Assembly (NCBI RefSeq): GCF_009914755.1
Contig: NC_060928.1
DNA length: 64,000 nucleotides
Source of the DNA: the human T2T-CHM13v2.0 reference genome, Homo sapiens
Strand: one strand, 5' to 3'
Shown piece by piece: positions 23,587 through 36,640 of this stretch. Position 1 is the stretch's first letter. Every line of letters begins with the position of its first letter. The notes below the pieces were generated by a model, which was not told the DNA's origin, searched no databases, and saw only the letters and a list, made by a program, of their open reading frames with translations. A program made the position numbers and the translations under genes.

Positions 23587-26500
23587 AGCACCAACAGAGG
23601 ATAACTTCCGTGAGCTCAAGGGCGGACCCCAAACTAGCAGGCAGCAAGCAGCAGGTTGGAGCCCAGGGAGCTCAGAGAATGCTTCTGGGGAGGGTTTAGG
23701 TGTGCTAGAGATCTCAGAAAGCAAGGCTCATTCCCAGGATATTCACCATCTTCTCTACGAAGACACTATATGAGACGAAGGTAGTTTTACAGCTTAGGCC
23801 TTGCTAGAGGGGGTGTTGTAGAAAAGCAAAGGGGGGAAAATAAGAGCAGATCAAAAAGAGTGCACCCAGATAAACAAGACATTGACCACTACCCAGTATG
23901 TAACATGTACATTTTCTTTTAAAATCCATGTTGAAAGATATCTACAAGAGAACAGGGATGTTTCCTAAAACAGTGCCGACAAAAAGCTTAATTTAAACTT
24001 TTTCCTAATTTATTCTTGTTTACAATAACCTTTCAGAGTTTAGTTTCTGTGTCTTTCACATGACTTGCTTTCATTCATGCCATAAATCATGTACCCAATA
24101 TAAGATACCTATCTCACTAAGCATGATATTTTGGTTACTTTTGTGTTGTTTGTCTTCCATAGAGTTTTTTTTTTTTTCCCCAGAAGAAAGCATAGCAAAT
24201 ATTCAAATCATAGTAATTTTCTGCTTTGTGATATCTGGAGTGTCTAATACTACTTCATAAAATTTTTACTACCTTTGATCAATGCAGAATTTGCATGTAA
24301 TTTGGGAATTTAACATGGATCTCTGCCATTACCTAGCTGTAAAAGAGAAACAGAAACTTGCTAATTACAATTGGTCATTTACCTCTTTGAAGGCAGTAGT
24401 TGATGTTTCCTGACATTCGTGTAAACTAAGGTGTTGGCCATGGCCTTTCTTAGAGTATGTGAGGAAATGTGTTTAAATCTCCTAAGAGAGGCTGAGAGGG
24501 CTGGATCAAGGGCCACAGAGGATACCTCAGTTTGATCTCATCTTCTATTTCTACTGTATGTGAGTTAGTGATGATAGAAAACCTATTCTTTTTGTTACAA
24601 CCCTGATACTTCAGAAAAGTCAAAGCTTTGCCATGAAACTGCATTCTAACAAGTTATTTTAAACCTAATAATATTCTGTAGTATTTGTCTGATAGAACAG
24701 ATAATCATATGTGTTTCGCAAACTATTATTTGACAGTAAACTTTTTTTTTTTTTTTTGCAAATTGCAAATGTTTTCTGGTTTCACCATGAGAAGTGCACC
24801 ATGGCCATGGACTTTCAAACATAATTTGTTTAGTTTACATGGACCAATTAATATACTCTTAGCTTCTCTTACACAATAATTATCCCAAGTTTTGAACACA
24901 GAAAATGAAATCAAGCTCATTGTATATAAATCCTTATTATGAGGAAATACTGTGGAAAAATGAAGAAATATGAACAAGGCAAGATAGATGACCCAACTAT
25001 TGCATGGAAACAAATGGTTTGGTTTAATTTATACGCCTTCAAGTTTAATGTCAATACAGTGCTTCTGTTGACTTACCTTGGGCCATTGAAGAATAGGCAA
25101 TCAAGTAGTTGTCAGTTTAGGGAAGAAAAGTTTAAGGCTTTGTCAAAGCGTTTACATAAAATATGAAAATTCCAAGCACATATTTTGGTTAATAGAATCG
25201 TCGATGTTACTGCTTTTTAAAAAAATCTAAATTCACTACCAATTTTGGGGTCATGTGGAGTCATTAGACAGTCCCCCAAGCCTAGATAAATCAGAATCTA
25301 TATCTACTATGCAGAAAAATCAAGTGGAAAATTTCTGTTGCTAATTTAATCAGTGAAGACTGCTAAACTGAATATTTCAAGATTCAGATTTCATAACTTG
25401 GCACAGCATATCTGTTACTTTGTGGATGCAAGTAGAGAAACTTCAGTTTTAAAATATTTTTGTCTGGGGATTTTCAGATGGGTTGTTGAAAGCTTCTGAA
25501 TACATGGAATATCTGTGCTTTTCTATATTTTATTCATTAACAAAAGAGAGAAAAAGGAAAAATGTGTATAGTTGTATCAACCACTATCAGTAGAGCCCTA
25601 TTATATTAAGAAATCTGCAGAGGACTAAGTCAAAAATCTAGAAATATGTTTTTTTTTACGGAAGTAAGCTTACATCATAATGCATAAGTGGAATAGACTG
25701 TGTGTATAAGCTGAGAGACACCAAGACATTCTTGCCTTCTTCAGCCTAGGTGTCAATGCTGAAATTCCACAAAGAGAGAATAATTCCTTCTGTTAAGCAT
25801 TCTCCTCTTCTTTTGACCCTCTTAAATGGGAACACCTTAAGAAAAATAACACACTGTCTGTAGCACTTTAATGTGAATTTATTTACACTGAGCCACCCGT
25901 CCACCCCGTGCCTTCTCAAGCAGGAGAAGGCCACAGTAGCAGGAGAGTACTAAGACACCTGTCCATACTTGTGTATGCATGGGGTGTCCTGACAAGAGAA
26001 AAGAGAGGTAGTGAGAGGATCAAAGAAGGCAGTCAAATTTAGCAAACAGTCATTGACTATATACCATCTACAAGACAAGCTTGGCCTTCCACAGTTTGGC
26101 TTAGAAATACTGCCTTGGCATCCATAAGGAGAATTGTAAGTTTCCATCAAATTTAATATGCGTGACTCCCGATGATAAAGGTCAGAAAATTACTGAAATT
26201 AAAAAAAATCAATGTCAGAGAAATGTTTTCAGAAATTTATATATTTGTGATTTAAGGCACATGGGTTTAAAAAATTACGTAGAATTCCTGAATGAGTTAC
26301 TGAGATTTGTCATAGCAAAATCAATAGGCCTGTGATGTTTTGGGGAGGAGGGCAGGAAACTGAACTGTGAGACTCATTGAATCTGCTCCAGAAAACAAGG
26401 CATTGTGAAATCACTGCTGACATTACTTTGGAAATTATGATCATAACAGTGTTCTTAATATTAGGTCATAATTACGGTAAGATTTAGAAGATCAATACCA

Positions 26501-28049
26501 AAGTTACTCACGTGAAAAATAATTCATTCATCTAGTCTCATCTCTTACATCTCCTGCATTCTTTATAATGTTAAATAGAATGACATATGTAAAGTGTATT
26601 TTTAAGCTTTCAGTTAAAGATAATTTTCTTAAGGTTATAAAATCTTTTAATTCTCAGGCACTATATCATTTTTATCCTGGAAGTTTTAAGAAGAAACCCA
26701 GCAATATGTAATACAATAATAACACTTTCACATATATTATTTCATCTTCCCCATATTTAAAATACATTACATGCAACTTGTACATAATATATACACAGAG
26801 TGTACACTGTATTGAAATACATGTTAAATGCATCTAAATGGGTCTTTGTTTAAAGAGAGAATGAGCTAATTATCAGAAACTATTTATTTAAGCAAAGCAG
26901 TAGTATTTCTATTAAAACAAATATTTATAAAGCCTTTTTATCTCAACATCTTAAAAGTTAGCATATAAACACATACACTTATGAGACTTTAATCTTTTAT
27001 TCTACCATGTATTTTTTCATTAATATACAATATATCTGCATGTTCAAAACCAGATAATTTTCCAGGGAATGGAATTAAAAGCCTCTAACAATCTAGCACC
27101 ATGAGTAAATTGGAGGAAATATACAATCAAATCTCTCCTGTATCAACTCCATGTTGTCCCTTTTGTATCCATCATTCCACACATATACAATTTCCTTCTT
27201 TCTTTCTTTCTCATTTTTGAATGCACATGTTTACATAAATATTCACAATCACATCCCCCATCTCCCAAATATCTAAAATCATTAATGCTATTCCCAATAT
27301 CATTCCGTATTTCCGATAGAAATTTAACTTTGTATCACTGTTATAGTCATGCTTTAGTAATAATATTATTATAACATATTACATCTGTGTAGAGTAACTT
27401 TACAAAGCATTTGGTGTGTTTTGTTAATATTTGATAAAATGATAATGCTTCTAAACCTTTAGAAGCACACTCAAACAATGTTCATAATAAATCCTATTAT
27501 AAATAGCATTTAAAAACATTTTGAAGGAAAGGATTTATACAGCACTGGTGGTTTTTTTTTTCAGTTTCCTTCTAAAAGCAAAAGTAGTTTCCAATAGTTT
27601 TTGATTTTTGTTTTTCAATTTAAAGAAACACCTATTAGTGAACTGGTACCTGCAGTTTCCCTAAAGTGTGTTTTATTTACTTTGGGCTAAAAACATCTAT
27701 TTTTTAAATAAGCTGTTCAGTTATCCCCTTTTTCACATAAACTTTCTAATCAAGTTTTTTAAGAAACCAAGTTGAATAAATAAACAGCAGTGCTTGCTAG
27801 AATTATAGATGTTAGCTCACATTGCACAAAATAAATGCTCAATAAAGTTACTCACATATATTTATAAAATATTTCTTGTTTTTGGTAAACAGAATAATTT
27901 TATATATACCTCAAATACTGCAGGGAGAGTTTGCTATTTCAAGAAAATCTGATGAATTTCTCTATTTGGCAGAGTCCTATTGAGATATCCTAATTAGTAT
28001 ATATGCTTAGAATATTATAGATGGAAATATTGAGATGTTCTTTTTTCCA

Positions 28050-28222
28050 TCCCTTTCCTTCTTTGTTTCCTTCTTTTCTTCCTTCCTTCTTTTCCTTTTT
28101 AAAAGTAGAGATGCGGTGTCACTATTTTGACCAGGATGGTCTTGAACTCCTGGTATCAGGCGATCCTTCAGCCTCAGCCTTCCAAAGTGCTGGAATTACA
28201 GGCGTGAGCTACTGCACCTGGC
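28050..28222 (-). mobile_element. Alu monomer (FLAM-like) with CT-rich tail
   Basis: gtagagatg...ccaaagtgctggaattacaggcgtgagctactgcacctggc; single monomer only. Confidence 0.85.
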
Positions 28223-28255
28223 TTCCCTTTTTCCTTTCTAAGACAGGTCCCTTTT

Positions 28256-28385
28256 TAGCTCTATTGAGCTAAAAATCTCTTTTTAAAAATTTTGAAATAG
28301 ACAACTAATAAAACACATTATAGCTCTATTGAGCTAAAAGTCTCTTTTTAAAAATTTTGAAATAGACAACTAATAAAACACATTA
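28256..28385. repeat. 65-bp tandem duplication (2 copies, 64/65 identical)
   Basis: 28256-28320 and 28321-28385 differ only at unit position 20 (a/g). Confidence 0.97.
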
Positions 28386-29287
28386 TGCTCTTTTCATGTT
28401 CATATAAAATACATAAATTTATGTTAAATAAGCAGGCTTTCTAATTAAGTGCAGACTATGTGTTTTATCTTATTAAACTACTCTATGAACAGTGGTGTGT
28501 AATTCTCTTGATCCAGTGGACGTGAATTTTGAAATTACTGTAGGAGACAGAGGGACATTGACTTCATAATGCTAACTATAAAATACAAAATATATACAAC
28601 AATGTAATAAATTATTTCATTAATTTTTTTCTAGGAAATGATTCAAAATGCAAGATGTCTCAAAGCATAATCCATTAAACATTTCATTGAACCAATAATT
28701 TCAAGTTATTTATAATGCTTTCAGTATCTTATATGTAGTCTTTAAATGCAGTCACTAAAAGACTGAGTATGGTATATGTTTATTTGTAACTACCATTATA
28801 ACCTTGATAATTAGAGTAGAGGAATTTATTTAATGTAAATAAGTATTATTTTCCAGACTTTCAAATAGTTATACTAGTCTTGAGCACAGATTTGTGCTTT
28901 AATGTTCAAAGTAGTGTATTATCTTTGATGAAGAAACAATGGAGGAGAATTATTTTGAAAAACATTTTTTAAATGTCTTTTTAATTTCTTTAAAACCTGA
29001 GAAAACTTCATGCTCATTGTTTACTAAAAGCAACTTATTTGTCCAAATAATTACTGATGAAGTAGAATCAAATTTTTGAATCTTGAAATTATTTTAAATG
29101 AACACTTGAATCCTAGCCTTCTTTGTTTTTAACATAGTGAATGTCATGAACAATAAGGATGTTAAATACTAAGTTCTTTTTTAAAATCACAATAATAAAG
29201 AATGGAAAGAATCTATGTAGAAATTTAATTCTTCACAATGATATAAATAAGAGCCTGTGTTTTATTTTGGGATTTCTGTCATCCTAG

Positions 29288-29391
29288 GTGTTTTGGAAAT
29301 ATTTGCTGTGTCTCAGGGGATTGTAGGAATACGAGGAGTTTTCAGCAACAAATTTTTAGCGATGTCAAAAAAAGGAAAACTCCATGCAAGT
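29288..29391 (+). CDS. FGF5: FGF5 coding exon 2 (104 nt, skipped in FGF5S)
   Basis: Acceptor atcctag|GT, encodes (S)[34 protein letters not shown], donor |GTAAGT; 104-nt middle exon typical of FGF genes. Confidence 0.99.
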
Positions 29392-30865
29392 GTAAGTAGA
29401 ACCACTTTATATTTGTTAAAGGTGCTATAAAGATTTTACATTTGTAAAACAGAATAATTTTCCAAATTCATAGGTAAGAAAATTTGCCCAAAGAACTTAA
29501 CTTTTAAAAAGTATTTTTACATTTAACCAAGATAATTTTGTGCGCTTCCAGAAGTAATAATTTAAATATTTAATTTACTTAAAAGATATTACAGAGTCTA
29601 CAAAAAGTTTAAGCATAAATGTATTTGAAAACAGCATTCTCAAAGGGGCAGCCATCCACTTATTTCTTAGAAGTGGCCCACGTAAGAAGGAATATGGCAA
29701 TAATATATTTCATCACATTTTAAACTTACAAGTTTATAGTGACTGTATTTGTGCTAAGTAGATGAGGTTCTTATTTAAGTTTACAGGCTACTCATAATAC
29801 CAAATTGGGTCTCAGTAATGTAAAATATTTTCATATTAACAAGCAGGGAGGGAAAAAACCAATAATTAGAAGACTCTGACTTTCATAGACAAATTTTATT
29901 TAATTAATTTGAAGAATTTTTATCTTGTATTTTTGTCACATCAAAAATAAAGACTTCTTAATACTATGAAAACTAATTTTGCATTCTCAAAAATTTATTC
30001 AGACCAGTTTTATATATTGTAATCAATTCACAAACTATTTATTTGCTTTGTTATGAAAGTTCCCATTACCTGGGAAGTATTAAAACATTTTAAAGATAAT
30101 AAAATATGTTCAGCTTAGTTTTCCCACTCACAGATTCTATTTATTTGCATTAGTATATACACGCTGCACTTAAAGGTGCTTTATGCTTTTTCTCTGGCAT
30201 ACTTATTTTCTTCACATTAAAACATTTTGAAAGCAATTATTCTTTAAAGTTAGTCCTTTAATCCTGATTCTTTATAGTCTTTATTAAATAAATTATTGGA
30301 ATATCACTTTTTCAGTTTTCAAAGTTATAGAAAGTTTCAATTGATAGCAATAATTGAAACTTACTATATATAATTTGATTTGATAGATCTTTAAAAAATT
30401 CAATGAGAACGCCACTTGGTTTAATGTGTAAGACTTTTATAATTTTACTTTTCTTAACATCTAAAGTGATTTGTTAATATCTTTTGGAAGAGACAGAATT
30501 TGAACAATTTCTATAGTTATTTGAGGATTCGATGAGATAATACATGCAGTGTGCTAAGAATACTATTTGGTGTGTTATAAGTGCTCAATAAATATTGCCT
30601 ATTATTATAGGGTTAACAATCTAAATATAATCTAAATATAATAAATTACTAAAATTTCAGTTTACTAACATAAATGGAAATCCTTTGTTAAACACTTAAA
30701 TCACTCATTGCAAGAACTATTAAACAATTTACCATTTCATTTTTTGAGCTGGTTACTATACTCTAGCAAGATGTAGTATAATATTCATAGAAATATATTT
30801 TTCTAATTTTTTCATTTGTTTAAGGGACAACATTCTGCATCACTGTGAAAAAAGTAGGGTATTAC

Positions 30866-31067
30866 TTTTTTAAATTTATTTTTTATTTCAATAGGTTTTT
30901 AAGGAGCAGGTGGTATTTGGTTACATGAAAAAGTTCTTTAGTGGTGATTTCTGAGATTTAGGTGCACCTATCACCCCAGTAGTGTACACCGTACCCAATG
31001 TGTTGTCTTTTACCCCCAGCCCCCTCCCCTTTCCCCCTGAGTTCCCAAAGTCCAATGTATCATTCTC
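30866..31067 (-). mobile_element. L1PB-like 3' end fragment
   Basis: ttatttcaataggttttt...ggttacatgaaaaagttctttagtggtgatttctgagattt...cccaaagtccaatgtatcattct. Confidence 0.85.
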
Positions 31068-31099
31068 AGGGCATTTAATTTTATTTTAAAATATTAGTT

Positions 31100-31172
31100 A
31101 AAATCCACATACAGATGAGTTCTCACGAGGGCTGGAAAAAAAAGTAAAAAAAAAAAAAAATCCACATACAGA
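31100..31172 (+). mobile_element. Micro retro-insertion: 20 nt + poly(A) between 16-bp TSDs
   Basis: aaaatccacatacaga - tgagttctcacgagggctgg - A8 GT A11 - aaaatccacatacaga; TT/AAAA target site. Confidence 0.85.
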
Positions 31173-33519
31173 ATAGAAAACAATGATTAAACACATCTAA
31201 ACGGAATAACTTTTCCTCAGTCTACTTTAAGTTTATAAAAGATTAAAACACCTTTAAAATCTAACCTCATAATAGTACACAGTGCATACAAAGAAACTTT
31301 CTCTTACTGGTTTGTTTTGAGTGAAAATCTTAACTTTCAAAATATTCTGATTTATGCCATAGTACATGCAAAAAAAATAGACTAAACTTGGAACAGCTTA
31401 AGGATAATTGCCACAGAAAGTAACATATTACAAATGGAAGCCAATTAGAAAGGTCAAACTGAGAGGTTAAGATACATGATTCCTCTGTCAAAGGCAAGTA
31501 ACAAATTTCTAGAAATTTGACCCAAATGTCTAAGGATGGCTGGTTGAAATAATGCAGATAATGCAAAAACAGCATCTGTTATTCTTTCTCATCTTGGCAG
31601 GCTAAAGTTATTTCATAGAATAATGACTTTTAAACAGTACAAAGCAAGTCTTGCTCTTGTCACTCACTGAAGCTCTTTGATATAAAAGTCATTCTGATGA
31701 CTTTGAGCTAAATTGTAGATAAAAATATTAAGCCTATGATTATGTGGATTCTTTTTAAACCAATTATCCAAGCCCACTTTCTCTTATCTGAGCATTTATT
31801 AGCACTTTTCCTCTAGGTGTAAACCTAATTAAATTATAAAGTGATTTATTTTTTAAAGATGTTGAATTTAGAAATAGTATTAATGCTAGCAATTACCAGT
31901 TTTATGCCCAGTTGGTTTCTTTCCTGTTTTCACATTCTAGTTAAACATGCTGGGAAATTGTTTTTGTAACTCTAAATATGACTATTTGATTTAGTTAATA
32001 GTTTTGATTTTTACGACTTTACATCATCCCCAAAAAAGGTTAAAAACTCATAGACTTTTAGGATTAAACTTGTAATTTGTGAGTTGCTTTAAACTAAAAA
32101 TTTTGCGGAGGCATTTAAAGGGTACTTTTAGGGTTCTATCTACAAAGCAAATGTAAACTAAAAATATAAAATATTAATAGAATTCTGGGAAAAGTAATCC
32201 CCCACTGTACTGAGAAATATTCATGGATACTTGTAAATATTCAACTCAGTTTTTGTAATAATAATCAGAGTACTAAAAATTAGCTACTAGGCAGAGATAA
32301 TGTACTTTCATAGTTCTTTAAAAGCCCTTTTGCTCACATTATCTCATTAGATAATGAGGTGACGAAAGAGTCTCATAGATGTTAAATTATTTTCCCAAGG
32401 TTACACAGTTAACAAGTGATTGAACCAGAACTATATCCTCCTAGAATTTTCTCTTTCTTTTTAAATGCTATAGTGCTTGGTAGATAAAAGTTAGCTTCAA
32501 AGAAGATATTAAATTTTGTTTGGAATCAATTACATTGTTTTCACCTCTTAGTGTATAGAAATTAATATGTGCGTGAAAATATTTTTGTATTACATATACA
32601 AATGAATACTGTGGCACATCATTAGAATATTTATAGCACTCTATTTAATAGGCAAATAAACAGGCAATTTAAGACTTATAGTTAAAATTGTAAATTTCCC
32701 CATTCTAGGTACCTCTTTTTCTCTTTGATTCATATCACCTTTTTTGAACTGGTGTTTCCCCCATCTACTCCTGGGTCTCCAGTACTTTACTTTAGAATCT
32801 AGAGAAGAGGGGATGTGTCTGCCACAGAATTTTACAAATGTTGGTTATTCATTGTCAATGATGAGTTGCATAGGGAACTCCTGCCTCCCGAGATAAACTT
32901 TCAAAACAGAAAAGAGATCTGTTTTGCTCACAGAAAACTTCATTTAGTAAATATTTTACTGCCATAGACACAAATATGGCAGACTGAAAGGGTAGGCCAG
33001 AGCAGATTCAGGCAGCATTGATGCTGATTCCATTTTTGTGCTAAATTTATTAATCCCATCAGATAAGTTTTATTTGAGCTTCAGCCATCTAAATGTGGGC
33101 TCCCTGGACTCATTCAAGCCCCTGATCTACAGGCAGCTCTCCTTCAAACTTTTATTGGTATACTCTAAATATGCAGTGCAACCAAATTCTTATCGTGCAG
33201 GTTTTTCAGCATTCTTTACAAGGATGAGGATGTATGGTCTTCTCTTTGTCCAAATGTATCAAGAATCATCAAGAGCAGGAGGAGATAATTACTTTCCAAA
33301 GAGCCATGAGGGCTACTCCAAGCCACAGCTGTGGCCTGTACTCTCTTTCTCAACACATTCCCATGCTAAGATACCTTCTGAGACTGAGCACTCTTTCTCC
33401 CTTTATCTGTCTGTCTGTCCCTGCTCCCTCCTGAGGTTGGCATCCTTACTGAAAGTCCCCTAGAGAGCCTTTCTGGATTTATCTGAGGTGGGTCCAGACT
33501 AGGAGTGAAAGGCCTTGAG

Positions 33520-33740
33520 TGTGATGGTAAAGACACAGTTAGATTGCCCCAGGCTGAATCCTACTCTACCACTTCCTAACTGTGTCATTTTACTTCATCT
33601 TTCTATTCCTTGGTTTTATCAACTACAAAAGAAGGAAAATTAAAGTCACAATCTATTGGGATAGTTAAGTGTTTTAAACAAGATAATACACATAAAACAC
33701 TTAGAGTACTGCCTGAAAAGTGTTCCACACTTAATGTTTA
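33520..33740 (+). mobile_element. MIR
   Basis: tgaatcctactctaccacttcctaactgtg...agataatacacataaaacacttagagtactgcctg. Confidence 0.7.
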
Positions 33741-35169
33741 AACAGATTTTCCTGAATTTGCTCTCAGGCAGCTGTTTGACAATCCTTAATCTTTTTCTTT
33801 CTGATTTTGGGGTCAGGCAACTGTGACCCTTAAATTATTCAGGCCAGCCCCAACTCCTATTTATCACTGATCTTTTCTTCCTCACGTCCAAACTTTGTGT
33901 GCTTATAGGTGTCCCTTATCTACTAAGTTTTCCTTTCACCAAGGAACCTAATTTCAAAGCAAAATTTCCAAGCTCAACCTCTTAAAGAGGCATGGATTTC
34001 CTATGGTTATAATCTTGTGACTTTTTTCATAGCTCTGTTGTCCATCTTGATTTTTCCCTAAATATATAAATCTTGGAAAAGGTGGTTATCATGTATTCTT
34101 CAGTCTTTTCATAAAGTATGCAGAAAGCTCATTGCTAATTAGGGAAAAACATGTTACCTTATTTTAAAGATCCAGAGAGAAGCATGTGGTGGAATTATTT
34201 TTGTTTCTCAGGGTTTTAGGGGATCATGTTTGAAAGGAAAGCTAATTGCAGACTTTATGAAACAGGCATGGAATGTGTGCTTGATCAGTCCTAAGCAAGG
34301 AATAGATCATCCTCCTTTCCTGGTTTCAGAGGGTGCCAGCTGGCTTGCCTGGGATGAGACTCCAGAATGGACTTCCTGCGCTGCAGGCAGAGTGAAGAGG
34401 AGTCAGCAGCCCCTAAAGCTGAACATATTTACTGAAAGGGGAAATGGAGGCTTGAGTAATACTTATCATCCTCATCAAAAAATAACTTACTAAGCACTCC
34501 ACTCTGCCAGTCAAGACCATGCATGAGCTAGATCAAGGCATTTGAAAAGAATATTTTTTTGCCCTCTAAGAGCTTTCAATATACAGTAAAATGGAATGTC
34601 TAGCTATTCAGGCACAAAAATGGGTTTAAACTCTGCCTTCGCAGTAAATGCCAGTTTCCCCTCAGTTTTGCACTGTGGAGGTCTAGTTAAAAGACCTATT
34701 TTATTGAGGAAATCTGGATGTGATTGCCTTGTAGATTCAGAAATCCATTTTAGCAGAAAGTGAGACATGGTAATATATTTCTTTGATGATTTGAAGAGTG
34801 ACACTTGTCATTCATCAATATTTTAACAGGAAACAACTTCAGAGCAAGTAAGATTGTATGAGCAAAGACTAGGCAATAGCTTTGGTTTGTATAGTGTTAT
34901 GGAAAGACCCTTAGTCTAGGAATCAGAAGATGCAATTTAAATCACAGGTCTATTCTGGCACTTAATAAATGCAGGGTGATAGATGGATCATTTTCTTTAC
35001 TTCTCTGGCTGAAAAAAATCAGATAATACTATCCTAATAGCAGCCATGGAATTACTGTGAGTTAAATTATATATGTAAACCACCTGACACAGAGTAGTCT
35101 CCAATAGTCCAGCTATATGGAGTTATTAAGGGCCTCAGAAAGAAAGTCATGCTATACCATGTTTTGCCT

Positions 35170-35325
35170 GGTGTGGTCCTTACTTCAAGGGTATCAAAAC
35201 CACATGGGATGCTGGTTAATGATACATCAAGTCCAGGGTCTCACCTCAGACTTAGAAAAACACAGTCCCTGGATATAGGGCTTGAGGAGCTGCATTTGAG
35301 CCTGCTCTCTGAGTAATTTGAAGGC
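35170..35325. mobile_element. MER5-like hAT DNA transposon relic
   Basis: Degenerate similarity (atcaaaaccacatgggatgctggttaa...ggatatagggcttgaggagctgcattt). Confidence 0.5.
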
Positions 35326-36348
35326 AAATTATGTAAGTGAAGAAAAGAGATCCTGTAGTTGATATTCTTTACTGCATTATCTCAGGTTGGGTGATATTAA
35401 AGCCAACTTGTGTATTTTGTTGGTTGCTCAGTATGAAGAACTGAGATATAGAAGGAACGAATGTCCAGTACCAAGCAGGAGATATGGCCGTGCCTGGGAG
35501 ATAGCATGGCAAGGCTACAACTGACCCATACACAGCTTATATAGTAAAGAGTAAGAAGTAGCCCTCTGGGTGCTTGCTATCCTGTACCAGGGCACAAGTA
35601 TAAAAAACGAACTGAGTTTAGGGCACCTGTCCCAGGCAGCTCCATTGGTGGAGGGAAGGGATGGGAACCAAGCAGGTCTAAAAGGAGGGAGGGGAATTAG
35701 AAGTGATGCATGTGACAAGGAAACTTAGTTTAGAGCAAAATTTGGTCTATAGTTGTTTTTATTACAGTCTATGATAACCTTTTTGTTATTTAATAATATT
35801 AGTCTATAACAACATTTTGATTATTTATATTTGGCTTTTTTTCCCTTAACTTTATAAGGTTTTTCAGGAGAAAGGGGCAAATCAAAGAAAACAAGCTGAA
35901 ATAAATCATTAAAATTGATTAAGTACACACAAATTCCAAGGTTTATACTGGTGTCTGTTCAAATTCACTCCTATTTCTATATCTCATATCCTACATATTT
36001 AGTTCTGTAGTTGCACGCAAGAGTCGGTATTTGCACAGCTTTAATTCATACTATACAAGGTACTCAATCATCATAGATGGTGATATTTACTAAGGAACAA
36101 AACCACAAGAAGGGATTTTAGAGAGATTTTTTTAAACAATATCATTTTGGAAATAATTTATTTGGTTTAATTGACCTGTTTAATTTTGGCTTGGCAGAAT
36201 TAGTCATTTCTGGAATATTGTAGTTAATCGGAGTTGTGCTTTCTTTGAATTCAATTTGACCGTTCAAAAAATATCTGTTGTTTAAAATTGATCCTTCACT
36301 GTGAGAAGGGGTGAGGAGAGCCACAGTTTACTTCTAGTGAAAAAGTTC

Positions 36349-36640
36349 TTTTTTTTTTTGAGATAGAGTTTTGCTCTTGTTGCCCAGGCTAGAGTGCAAT
36401 GGTAGGATCCCAGCTCACTGCAACCTCCGCCCCCTGGGTTCAAGCGATTCTCCTGCCTCAGTCTCCTGAGTAGTTGAGATTACAGGCGCGCACAACCACA
36501 CCTGGCTGATTTTGTATTTTTAGTACAGACAGGGTTTCACCATGTTGGTCAGGCTGGTCTCGAACTCCTGACCTCAAAAGATCCACCCGCCTTGGCCTCC
36601 CAAAGTGCTGTGATTACAGATGTGAGCCACCGTACCCAGC
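36349..36640 (-). mobile_element. Alu (AluS-like), intron 2
   Basis: Poly-T + reverse dimer; TSD aaagttctt. Confidence 0.95.

Noticed and set aside
22773-23773. 145-, 143- and 116-aa ORFs, two sharing SAWLLLDVPNLLHLRP
   Set aside because: The shared peptide is a by-product of the inverted repeat; starts are non-ATG and there is no known domain
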